From Lingula anatina (Eukaryota; Animalia; Brachiopoda): a stretch of DNA of 64,000 nt. The notes beneath the pieces were generated by a model, which did no database searches, was not told the DNA's origin, and worked only from the letters and a program-made list of their open reading frames with translations. The position numbers and the translations under genes are program-made. Numbering within the stretch: the stretch's first letter is position 1; every line of letters begins with the position of its first letter. This document shows positions 1 through 12,100 of this stretch, one piece after another. The stretch lies in the NCBI GenBank assembly GCA_051362555.1, contig CM120645.1:10478001-10542000 (forward strand). The letters are read 5' to 3'.

Positions 1-502
1 TTTCATGAAAGGAATAATGTGGCTGTTTTCAGAAGTGAGTAGCCTAGTTATACGCCAGAATGCGCTGTTACCCTACATCCAGCTCATATTCTGTGGACTA
101 ACCGTTTATGGAGGGCTAAAGTAGCGCATGAAAATTACTGATAGAAATCATGATTTTAATAAAATACACTTATGTCTTAAAGGAAGTTTCAATATATGTT
201 TAAAAGTAGTAAAAATGATGTAAAATAATCGATGACATCATAAACCAGGATCAAAATGGTTGACCTCTGACCTGAAAATCGGACACGATTGTTACCTCAT
301 GAATACGACCTTTTTAGAAGATGTTTTTAAAAAAAAATCAGTTATTAATTTTCCTTAAGCTATTCAGTATTTGCATACTTAGATGGCTGATAAGCTTCGA
401 GGTGTATATACCTATCTACGATACATGTTACAGATTTAGATACCCAGATATTCGCGTGCCGTAATATAGAGGCGGTAGGTTCAACACTTACAACAATATT
501 AA

Positions 503-3094
503 TAGGGGTGGGCAAATGAAAGCTTTTTTGGGAAATTTAATTTCAGACAAGTGGATTCTATGGCCATTTTGGCTGCTGAATACAAATCTAATAAGTATTT
601 TCATTTAAAATTACATCTGATATTGGTATCAAGTGATTTTTCAAAATGGCCACCAAACGCTCCCTCAAATCACATATTTCTCATGTAAATCTTTAAATAT
701 CAGTTCAAAGATGGCTTGTTATATGTCTAACCATATGATTTCATGATCAATGAGCGCAAATAGATACATCATTTCGGTTGGGTCACTTCATTTTGGGTTA
801 AAAAGAGGGTTTTTTGGTCATTTTGAGGTAAAAATCACCCCAAAATCACCATTTCTGTGTACATAAATACAAATGTTTATATGCAACTGTGGCTTTTAAA
901 TTAGGAAAAACAATAATACAACAAATATGGTCAATATTGTTCAAGGATCACATGAAACTGAAAAGTTTTGACATATAGAATAGGCCTAATGTTAGTTATA
1001 TACGGGAATATTTACAGTAGAACACTCAGTAGCAGAGCATTAGGGAAATTGTTACTCTTTATTACCATCCAGATACCGAAAATGAGTTTTTTTCCTGCAT
1101 CTTATTATTCAATAATGTATGTCATTGTGCTGCTTTGAAACAATGAAAAAACTCTTGAAAATATGAAATATCGGCGTTAATATTTTTTCGTTGCAATGTA
1201 TAAGCATAAGCAACTCTAAGCTTTAATCATCTATTTAACAGCTTTCTTTTTTGAGATAAGTTAGCAATTCATATGGGGCTTAACTTCATCCCTGAACAAG
1301 ATTTTATCACGAGAATTGGCCAATGGACCACAAGGGCATGAGCTACAATCCCATGCCAACGTTTTGGTTTAAATGCTTTTGTTATGGAGATATGAGTCCG
1401 TAATGACAGATCTTCTAAAAACAAAGTTATTATTTTGCTTTATCAACGATCAAATCTGAACTAAGGCTTTGAAAAAATCGCTGGCAGGGTTTTGGGGTAC
1501 TAAATGGTGTTATTAAATTGGCTTTGAAGTAGTGATCACGGGTGTTCAGGTAAAACAGAAATTTGAGAAACCGATTTTTCAGTTTTTACCCCCAAACTGC
1601 AATTATGCCGTCACCCGTAAGATGACATGTGTACATGTTAATTAATGTAATCACTGAACACTGAAAATTTATTTATCACCGAAAAGAATGTATGTAAGGC
1701 AGTAAATAAGGAGTTTTGGGTGAACGGTGACAATATCCTTATTGTCTTCATTTATAACCTAGTCACACTAGAGGCGGAATGAGCTAGAATGTAGTCGGAA
1801 TGAAAATTTCTTGTTTTTTCCTGGATATTTGAAGTATCTAAAAATTCTAAGCGCATTCTAAATGTTTGGGTCCATTCTTGCGTCCTGTTAAAATGTTTTG
1901 CTCATTCTCAAAACTTTCGAAGTACATTCCAAGTGGAAAAATATCGAATGGCATTCAAGTGTATTCTAACTGCACTATGAGCGCATTCTTAAGATTCTTA
2001 CGAAATTCCAACAGCATTCGAAACATTTTGATCACATTCGAGGGAGAACCGAAATGGCAAGGCGCTTCAAATCTTGTCAGAATGTTCCACATTGTGCCTC
2101 CAATGAGCAGTCCTGAATGCAACTCGAATGCATCTTGATTGCAGGCCAGAATTCAGCCAGCAATGAAACCACACTTGTATGGCATTTGAAGTGCATTCTT
2201 AATATTCTCACTATATTTAGACAGCATTAACGACATTCCTAATGTGTTCCAACTACATTCGAGCTGCATTTGAGAGCTAATACAATACAACCGAAATGTG
2301 CACGAATCATTCCAGGTGGGTTCGAAGCGCATTCTGAGGTATTCTTACTGGAATTAAGGTCAATTTGATATTACCCAACGAATGTGGCGCGAATTTTGAA
2401 AATTCTTCATTATGGCTCATTCTGCTTGATTACTTCAGATTCCAAATAAGTGTGACAGGGGGCTTTACAGTGCCTTCTGGTATCAGTGTATTTCTTGTTG
2501 ATGCTTTCATGGTGGTGGTGAGATACTCTTTAACTACGCAACTGAAACTAAGTACTATTCCAATGTCAAGAGCTTAGAGGTTGTACATGTAAGAGGTTGA
2601 TGTCACCTGACAAAGTTTTACCTGTTCTGAAGAAAAGGAAATTTATACAGCATAAAATTTGTTGGTACACATCCATGAAGGTGTTTTCAGCATTGTTTTT
2701 ATACCAAACTGTAATCCATGAATTCAGTATGTACATAATGGCCATTTCTTATATTTATCTTAGGCTCGAAGTGTGTATTTTATGTATATGTTTGTTTTAA
2801 ATAACATATTTTTACAGATGTCACCCTAACAATATGTCAATGTCTTGAATATGCTCATATTTGAACTCAGCAACCCTCAAAACATATAGAAAGACATATT
2901 ACACATAATTTTTATGTACTTTACTGTGAAAATATGGCCAAAAAGCCATTTCCTGCATTTTTTCACAAACAAATAGCAGATACCAATATAAATCTTTAGC
3001 TTTGGTAAAGAATATTGTCAGATTTGTGTTCAGCAGCAAAAATGGCCATAGAATCCACCTGTTTTGAAAAAATTTTGTCATTTGCCCACCCCTA
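503..3094. mobile_element. Non-autonomous DNA transposon with ~130-bp imperfect terminal inverted repeats (TAGGGGTGGGCAAATGA...; hAT-like termini)
   Basis: 503 TAGGGGTGGGCAAATGA...GTGGATTCTATGGCCATTTTGGCTGCTGAATACAAATCT is the reverse complement of ~3020-3094 AGATTTGTGTTCAGCAGCAAAAATGGCCATAGAATCCAC...TCATTTGCCCACCCCTA. No transposase ORF inside. The TSD is not clean (ACAATA occurs near both flanks). Confidence 0.8.
1756..2464. mobile_element. Nested MITE-like element (Harbinger-like ends) rich in GAAT/ATTC motifs
   Basis: Ends are ..AGTCACACT (1761) and AGTGTGACAGGGGGCT (2449-2464) with TTA nearby on both sides. The interior is saturated with GCATTC/GAATG motifs, unlike the surrounding element. 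Confidence 0.6.
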
Positions 3095-3397
3095 ACAATA
3101 ACATTAAGTGTGCCAAATGCATCATATTCCTAAAAGCCTAAGTAGATCCCAATTATCTTTTCGCGTTTCCTTTTTTGCCCTAGAATTTCAGTTAGAAACT
3201 TTGTGGACATACGTTCAAGCTGGTGACGTTAAAATTAAAGATAACAGACACACAGTGTGTGAGGAAAAAATTGAAGTGAACAGCGTTTAAAGCAAGCGCT
3301 TAAAAACGCCACTAAGCTGTATAAAATGGCCCCCCGGAGCAACAAACTTCATTAAGAAGCCACTGTATTGCAAAATGCCGCAACCTCAGTGGAACAA

Positions 3398-3703
3398 GTG
3401 TGACAGGAATGGAAGTCCGCTAGGAACCGCAGTCTGTTCTTCATTACTTTGTATGGGTGATATTCGTCCAATATACCAACTCCCCATACTCCGAATAACC
3501 CTAACCTGTACTTATTATACGGAACCCCGGCCTTTCATTCCTAGGACTGCCATACCTGTTACACCTGTTACACCGTAGTCCGTTTACACAACTTTGCACA
3601 GGTAACATTCGTCCCATTAACACGTCCTGATACTTTGGTTAACTCTAACCTTTGCTAATGACCCCGTGATATTCCATTCTTAGACAAGCCATTCCTGTCA
3701 CAC
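3398..3703. mobile_element. MITE with 15-bp TIR GTGTGACAGGAATGG
   Basis: GTGTGACAGGAATGG at 3398 and CCATTCCTGTCACAC ending 3703. Related partial copies lie at ~8779-8934 and ~36050-36210 in the opposite orientation. Confidence 0.75.
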
Positions 3704-3960
3704 CGATTTCTCAATGCCATCTATAAAGTATGTCTCTCTTAGCAGTGGCCTTCGTCGGCTTTACTTGTGAAGGTGAAACAAGGATTTATAGAGAAGAAGA
3801 ACTGAAAAGAACCAGCCATTTGCTAGCAATGTCCATATGGCACAGGCTGTGATTTCTGCAGCGTTTTTTTATCTATTCAAATGGTTCATGAAATAGGGAT
3901 TTTTATTGATGACAAAATATTTTGTTTATGTGTGTGAGCGCTCTTGCGTGCGCGTATGCT

Positions 3961-3989
3961 TGTGTGTGTGTGTGTGTGTGTGTGTGTGT
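3961..3989. repeat. (TG)n microsatellite
   Basis: Direct reading. Confidence 0.95.
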
Positions 3990-5931
3990 CTGGTATCTCT
4001 ATCAATTTACATACTGGGCCGTTCAGAGAGCGGTGCACCTTAGATTCAATACACAAAATTGTGTGACAGATATTTCATTTCAGGACTAGGTATCTCGGAA
4101 ACTTAAACGGTCATAATGTGTCTGAAGGTAGTCAACTATATTTCCAGTCATTATAAGTCCTCTAGTCCGGAGCCCTGATATATCATGATTGAAAAGTCAT
4201 GTAGTGAGGTCTGCTGTATCTTTCACACATAATCAATGGTACGTGACTAATGTTCAGTATCTCCCACATTTCTCCGTCCCGCGGGGATTTGACTCTGATA
4301 ATTAATCTTCGCACAATGCTAATTCACGGAAAAATTGTACACTTTAGGAACCCGTGTTTTATTTTTTATAGCGTGCATTCGGAGGGTTATCTAGGGACTG
4401 TGAAAAGCTATTACCAAGAGCGAAATAAGGGAAAAAATATCTTTAGCAACTTTGATTTGAAATCTGTGAAAAAAAGCATGTAGATCATACTTGTATTTCA
4501 CCACAAGGTGTTATAATGAAAAAGGTTGTCCACCGGCCTAACTGAAGACTGCAGTGTCCGTGGGAATCTTTTACATAGGATCGGGGTAACTTTATTTTCT
4601 TTACCGAAGATAGAGAAATGAAATTGTCTCAAATATCTAGAACTTTATTATAACGATCCCCTGGCTTAGTTTTAAGACATACATATACTATGCGTTTTTA
4701 TATATATTTTATAAAATATTTTATATTTTATATTCTAAAACTAACTGTCAACACATTCTAAACAGCATTTGACTCCTACCAAAAGGATGTTGACTTTACT
4801 TCCTTTTGGCAGCCCACATGGTCAAAAAACACGTGAGGTTGGCCTTTCCCAATTATTTCATGCGCCATCGTTCCATTTCGCTCAACATCTGTTCTCCCGT
4901 AGTATAACGGTAGAAGATACTGTAGTTAGAGAGCACGCCATTCGGTCATTTGACAGATGATATTGGCGCATGTGAGATTCCAGTCACGTTTCTTTTATTG
5001 TGGTATTTCCCTTTTCACGGATAGATTTGCTTTAGAGACATTTATATCATATACCATACGTTTCTTTTTTCGTTATTATTATCTATGGAAATCCAAAACA
5101 TCCTTCTGTGAGTTGAATAATATATCAACGCTATCTGTGTGAACTCCTTCTTTAGCAACAAGCAATAATCTTAGCGTTATAGGAAGGGTTTCCGTTTGTC
5201 AAATAGGCTAGGCCTACGTATCATTCCACTGCAATCCGTGGAACACAATTTGGACAAAAACTGCGTTTGACTTACTTTTAAAGATACGCGTGCTTTGAAT
5301 CTCTGAACTGTCCGAATCCAATCATTTAATTCTCTCATTCTCTCTCTCTTCCTCTTTCCCAGTAATTAAGCTTCAATTTTGCACCGAACAAAGTGAATTT
5401 ATTTGTACATATCCAGTGCCCTTCCTCTTCCAAACAGATCTTCTCTACATTTAATATCTTGTTTAAGATAATTGTAAATCACTTAGAATCTTAAACATGT
5501 TAACCCCGTGAACCATTCCTGACATAGTGCCTCTCAGAAGTTTACCGTTTCTTTCATCAAGATAGAATTGGCATATTGCAGCGAAGTGCATGTTGTTCTT
5601 CATCATTATGAAGCCGTTCAAAACATCATTCAAATAGCATACCGTTAAGTATGTGTACGTTTAAATTCCTTTTGGTATAATTCGGCCGAGGACACCCTCT
5701 TCCTGAACTTAATTGTGCTCCAATGGAGCGTATCACTTTACAAAGTGAAAATGCCACGCTTACAAATTTTAACACCAGGAGACGAGGATAAGCTTTCAAA
5801 CCACCCATCACGATAGGTGGGCAGAGCATAAGTTTTGACGGGTACTTTGTTTGAAGTATCTTGGGAGACAGGCACTTTGTATGATTTAATTAGGCGCTAG
5901 TAGTACTGAAATGATGTGTTTCGGTAGAGCG

Positions 5932-6001
<70 letters not shown>
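5932..6001. repeat. Compound (CT)n(CA)n microsatellite
   Basis: Direct reading. Confidence 0.95.
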
Positions 6002-6002
<1 letters not shown>

Positions 6003-7819
6003 TCTTCACACAAATATAGCGATTCTGATATACCAAGTTCCAGCAGAAAGCCGACTTGTACTCCAAAGCCAGTCTCTCCAAGAGAGGTGTCAATCATTCT
6101 TGTATTATTGATACTTATTTAATTGGGTTTGTAGTTGACAAGCTGTTCTATGCCATACTTCACTGGTCCCAGCCACATTAAGGTATTCTAATTGCATATT
6201 TTGTATTATGCTCAGTCTCTGCGGGCGTTAAGACACCGAGCGTCCGTGCAACAGGGTCAAAATCTAGGATAGAGCCTGACTGTAGTAACCAAAAGAGACA
6301 GGAACCTGCATCACGGGGACTGGGAATCTATAGCCTGTAAACGTCCTCACCGACTGCACGCCTTTTTTATCTTGGATATATGACTGATAGCAACCTCTTT
6401 GCGTCAGATCTTATCAACAAAGTCTGTTTTTCCAAAGATATTTCTTAAACTCGCATAGATAATGCAGAGGTGTCTGAAAAAGTGACCTAAGAATACAATT
6501 AGTTATCAATGGCTAGATCAGTAACAGTAACGACGAAGGTGTTATAAAACATCCCTTAGCTGCTAACACTGTCAGTATATGTGTATGGTAACAAAATTTG
6601 ATTATTTTGGTTGTTTATGAGCAACGCACTAAAACCTTCATGAAAACCCACAGTTCAGCCAACCGAAGTAGGTGTTTTGCAGTTCCACTTGACCCTCCTC
6701 AGAGATTCCAGTTTTTTCCAAGAAATTGACCTTCTTTGATAGGAAATTAAGGTTTCTGTAAAATCTAAGGAAATGAGCAGCACAGAGTAAAAGTACAAAA
6801 TGGTTATGGTTAGCATTCATCATTTCCTTCATTCATTTTCTTTTACTGAGATTGAGCCAGGATATGAATTGTTTCGATTAATGATTTTATTTCGTAAAAG
6901 TGAAGAAAGAAAAGTTAGAAATGGTGGTGTCATAAGCAGTTATCATATAAAGTATACTCACACGCATTGCTGTACTGTTTTTCATATTCTTAATGGAATA
7001 AAGAGGCAAATGAATACTATAACCCAATAAAATTCTGACCTATGCAAGGTGTTCTGTACTTTTATCAACGTTCATTTACAAGTGGAATGCGGGTCTGTTT
7101 GGAAAGTGAATCATATCAAAACACTTATATCTTATGATGACTGTAAACTAGATAATCTAACGAGCTGATAAAAGTATATGCTACCTCTGGTGTTATTCAA
7201 CGTCAAAAATAACGTTTCTCTTCTAAATGGCAGAAAACAAAATTAATGTTGTGACTGAAAATAACACACGTGTAACTAACTCTCTTTGCGAGAAATGAGA
7301 TCGCTGCGTTTGATTTGTTTTCTGGATACAGTCAAACCAGCCAACACGGCCACATGCATTTCTACAAGGAACGTTGCTTTTCTGTTGTAAGCATTACGAA
7401 TACAGTTTAATCTGAAAACATTTCTTTTTTTATTTATTGGTCATGGTGAAGGTTCGAAATGTTGTCAGGAGTGGTACAAAGTTTGGATTAAATGGTTTTA
7501 ACTATTTAAATATGTAAAAGATATTAAATTTTCTTGTTCCAAAGTGGTCTTTGTATATACAGACCCACAGAACATGTAACAAAGGCACATTCACTTAAGT
7601 CCTTTTTGTAGATAAATATAATTTTCTGCAAATTTTAATAGAAATCCCTTAATCGCCAGGGGTACACAATATGCAAAAACGTTAAGACAATCCATAAACC
7701 TGTTTTTGGAGTTATAAGTATTTATATTATTTTTCAGTCACTCAAGAGAGTAACAGAGATAGAGATCGGCAACTTCCACTCGTAACTGTATAACTACAGC
7801 AATTTAGAACTTGAAAAAT

Positions 7820-8139
7820 CTGTTTATTGATCGCGCTTTTTACAACAATCGTAGATAAGAAATTCCATTGGGACATGGTGAAAACTGTTGAAATTTCCAT
7901 GAAACTTAATTTTTCCTTCGTAAGGGTCTAACTTACATAGTGCATTTATGTATTTAAAGTATGATCCTTTAAGTATGAACTTAAAACACCTGTTTATTGA
8001 TCGCACTTTTTTTCAACAATCGTAGATTAGAAATTCCATTGGGACATGGTGAAAACTGTTGAAATTTCCATGAAACTTAATTTTTCCTACGTAAGGGTCT
8101 AACTTACATTGTGCATTTATGTCTTTAAAGCATGATCCT
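7820..8139. repeat. Direct tandem duplication, ~170-bp period, two near-identical copies
   Basis: CTGTTTATTGATCGC...GGGACATGGTGAAAACTGTTGAAATTTCC...ATGATCCT starts at both 7820 and 7990. Confidence 0.92.
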
Positions 8140-8778
8140 CTGAGATTCGTCTGCGAGTCGTAGCCGATCACTAACATATATCACCCGTGTAATAAATACC
8201 TGCACAATATAACAAAAGAGCACGCAGAAGCAAATTGCTCCATCGAAAGAATACACAGTTTTTATGACATTAATATATGGCTTGATTTTGTTACGTGCAA
8301 ATCTTTTTTACACAATAAAACGTAAATCTGAGATAATGTTGTAGTTTCACGTTCTGTGGACAAAACAGATAATCTCCAAATGGCACCTATAATTGCGACT
8401 TAGAATGTAAATGGGGTTGCAGCCACCAAGGCGGAGATGGATGAGAAAAGGGAAATTGTCACAAAACTCATTTGAGGTACGCGCGAGTGTTCGGGAAATG
8501 GAAGATATATCTGATTCCGTAGTTGCTCACCACAAAATGCAGGACAATGCTTCTTTCTTGACATTAATAGCCTTCTGAGCGTGAAGGGGGGAGGGGGTTA
8601 TGAGGGTCTTTTCTCCTACACAGAAAAGTATTCTTCAGAAACTCCGGCAGTGATTTCGCGTACATTATCATCAGTAGTCACCTATACAAAAGCACAGCCT
8701 ACAGTTATCCGCACTTCAGCCATGTCATATATACGTAGGCTGCAAAAAAATGCCAATAGTGTAGGATTTTGACAGGCG

Positions 8779-8934
8779 TGGCAGTAATTGTGGTCTTAGG
8801 AACAAAAGCACACAGTGATTAGTACAGGCAAGGGTTTGTCGGAAGCATCGGGATTAATATATGGAACAAATGTGACATGTACAAAGTAATGGGGAACAGA
8901 CTACGGTTCCTAGCGGACTACCATTCCTGTCACT
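8779..8934 (-). mobile_element. Partial copy of the 3398-3703 MITE family
   Basis: ACAAAGTAATGGGGAACAGACTACGGTTCCTAGCGGACTACCATTCCTGTCAC closely matches the reverse complement of ~3400-3452. Confidence 0.7.
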
Positions 8935-9106
8935 ATGGTTATTACATGCATATCACTTTTTGGGGCACTAATTAATATATATGCTGCGTTTCTTCTATAG
9001 TCACACATACAGGCACAAAAAGTAAAGGTAAGGATATTAATCCAACAATATATTTCATGTAACTGCAAAAGGTAGACCCATGACAAAATGACAAAAACTG
9101 CACATC

Positions 9107-9137
<31 letters not shown>

Positions 9138-12100
9138 CTCGGATTAAATATTTTCCATAACTAATAACATGACCTAAGACCGTGTGTGTCTGGGTGATTC
9201 TCATATTATACAAGACGGAATGCAGGAGCGTAAACATTTTTGAACTCATTTTTATTATTATTATTCTTTTTCAATTTTGACCAACTGTTGTTATTTCACA
9301 AAAACGAGAAAGTTACTTACACCATAAAGTGGTTATTTGCAGGCTTAATGTATTTATAGGATACATACTCATCGCACCAAAAAATTTGATTTGCAACTTA
9401 TAAACTTGGGCTCAAAGCATAATTAGCAAACCTGTGATCAATTTCGTTAAAAAGTGTGAATTTTTTCGGTAGGTAGAGTGCTGTTATCAGATTGTCGACT
9501 TTTTAAAGTCGACTTTTGATCTAATGGTCTACAAGCTATTTAGGAACGACCACAATACAAGTAGTTACCATGCATTACTGTCACCACTGAGCGAACAAGA
9601 CATCAGCAAGACAATCTCAGTTTTCTCTTGGGGCTTCGTTATAAGCAAAAAAAAAAAAAAAAACAACATCGATATTCGACTAAAATGGCTTTGTAAAACC
9701 GATCACAAAATGATGACGTAAGACGTCTCCGAGCCTACTGAAGACGTTAAGAGTCAATGGCCATTGCCTCCATAGCTATTGACATTTAAAACATCTCGGA
9801 TAAATAGCGCGTTTAAAGTAATAACCATATTCAATCATCTCGGTGTGAAACCCGTTCTTATATTTACTGAGATGTAAAACGAGAAGCCTTTGGCGATATA
9901 AGCCCGATCACTACCCGTCAAACCACTCCGTTTAGTAGATAAAGGCCTCAACGCCCGCGGACTTTCTACCGATCACCAGTAAGGGTCCCAACAGAGTTAA
10001 TGGATACCTTTGAATGTTAATTGTTTTAAAAAATGATATCAGGCATGGTGACGGTGAACGGCCGTCGGTGACCTTTTTCTTACTTGTAGATTCTTAGACA
10101 TTTTGTCAACGAATCATCAGAACTCATTCAAGAGTAAAAAAAAGACTAGATCAATCTAAACACAATCATAAAATCTTTTGTAAATATATTTCGAAAAAGG
10201 GTAAACAGAATATCACTTTTCTTAGCTAAATTAAAATGATTCATTTTGTCTTGATTTGGTTAGATTAGTATATGAATTTAACATGAATGTAATAAATATT
10301 TGAATCTTAAGGCTGTTCGTGCCACAATTGTTGGGTCATGGCTTCAAGGCATCGAACTCTTGCTTTGGAATTAATTTCTTCATACTTTCCATTCGTGTAA
10401 TCATTTTAGCACTGAAATGGTTTCGGCTACCACAACACTATGAGAAGATGTGTATCTTCTTCCACGCCTCAGTAAGCACCTGTTCCAGGTTCTGTTGAAG
10501 CCATAATCAGTTCCTGTTTACGTGGGATATGATAAAGCAAAACGGAAGCTCCAAGCCTGTGCCTCAATGAAAGCTATAATTATTAGTCACATTTCACTGG
10601 GTCAAAAATTCTCTTTTTTAGTATCTTGGAGTAAAACTCAGTGCTAAATTCCAGGAAATAGTTATTAACCTGCGATGGCATATGGTGCACTAGACAAAAG
10701 CAAATTTGTATTTGAAAATTACTCAAAAACCACGCGCCCAGTTGGCCGTCGTCGAGAAAGAGCCATTCAGTTAATTAAAGCCTAATATGTGACGCGCCTG
10801 GAGCAGAGAGTGAAGTTTTCTTATTCTGTTGAGAAAAGCGTACTGCCTCACAGATTTGCATTCTGCAGGAACCGATTGGAAGCATACTGCAGTGCCACTT
10901 CCTCCTCAGGTAATCAACACGACGACTAGGCGGAAGCACTTTGATCTTTTCGCGCCATAAAGACAAAGCAGTCAGTTTTCAAGAAAAGGTGATACCTTAC
11001 GTCTGTTTGAGGTACAAATTAGATCGATGGAGCTAATAAGAAAACTAATGAGGTCGCCGTGATGGGCTAGCAGTAGTAGTTAATCTTAATTCAAGCGTAG
11101 CGTGCGACGCCGGAGATCAGTGCTACAAATTAGCGTGCGCCTACCGCCCGCACACATCTATACAGTGCATACATGTTGCTGTTTTTAAAATTTCTCTTGG
11201 CGTGATGTCTTGCAAATTGTTTCTGCGTGAAAATTTCATGTGAAGGCAATGCTGTGTGTTGGTTGACGCCATGGTTAGTTCATGCATTTCTTATCATTTT
11301 CAATAAATTCTTCATTTTCGCTAATCACCCGCCAGAAGCGCAAACTAACGAGCGAGACGTATATAACATTGCTTGCCGGCGTCATTCTCAATACAACTCC
11401 TCACATCTTCCATTGCTTCTACTGCCCTTGATCTGGCCTGCATTTGTTGGCAAGAGATGGAACTAAGATTAGCTTCCATCCTCAGTTGACCTTTTGTCAT
11501 CTGTCGGAACCCAAACCCCTCTTTTCTCTTTTGTCACCTGATTAGCTAGTGTTACATCTGTTATACCAAATCTAAAGTGTCCTAATGGGAATTCGCTGTC
11601 TAGTATGTTTTTAACGAAGCTGACGCCATAATCTGATAACTAAGGTCAGTTTTTTACCGCAATACAGGAAAAACGGGGCGCTGCTTAATTTTACGTGGCT
11701 GCAAATTTCAGTTCGCCTTGTACAGAGACTTCTATCTTGGACAGAAATCAGGGCATTTATATGCCACCTTTCAGTTGAAGGGCATTGTTCTCAATTGCAT
11801 AAGGTCAAGGCGAATAAACGACAATCACAGATCGAAACGTGCTAAATGGAGAATGATTTTAGCGTCTATTCTTTCGGAAGCACGTGATATAGATACCATT
11901 AAGAACCGTTTCCTGGCTAAAACTGTCCTTCCGGTCTCAAGTAATGCAAGGTATACTTCTATTTACTGCACGAGAAAGGACTGCCGTCCGGGAAATCCAC
12001 ATCCTTCAAGTGAAGCAGACAGCTTAATAAATAAAAACCAAAAACTTTGAACGATAGAATTAAGAAGAAATAATACTTATTTCATAAGGACGTAAAATAG

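Noticed and set aside
1866-2138. 90-aa ORF as a transposase fragment
   Set aside because: It derives from the motif-rich non-coding MITE body and has no transposase motifs.
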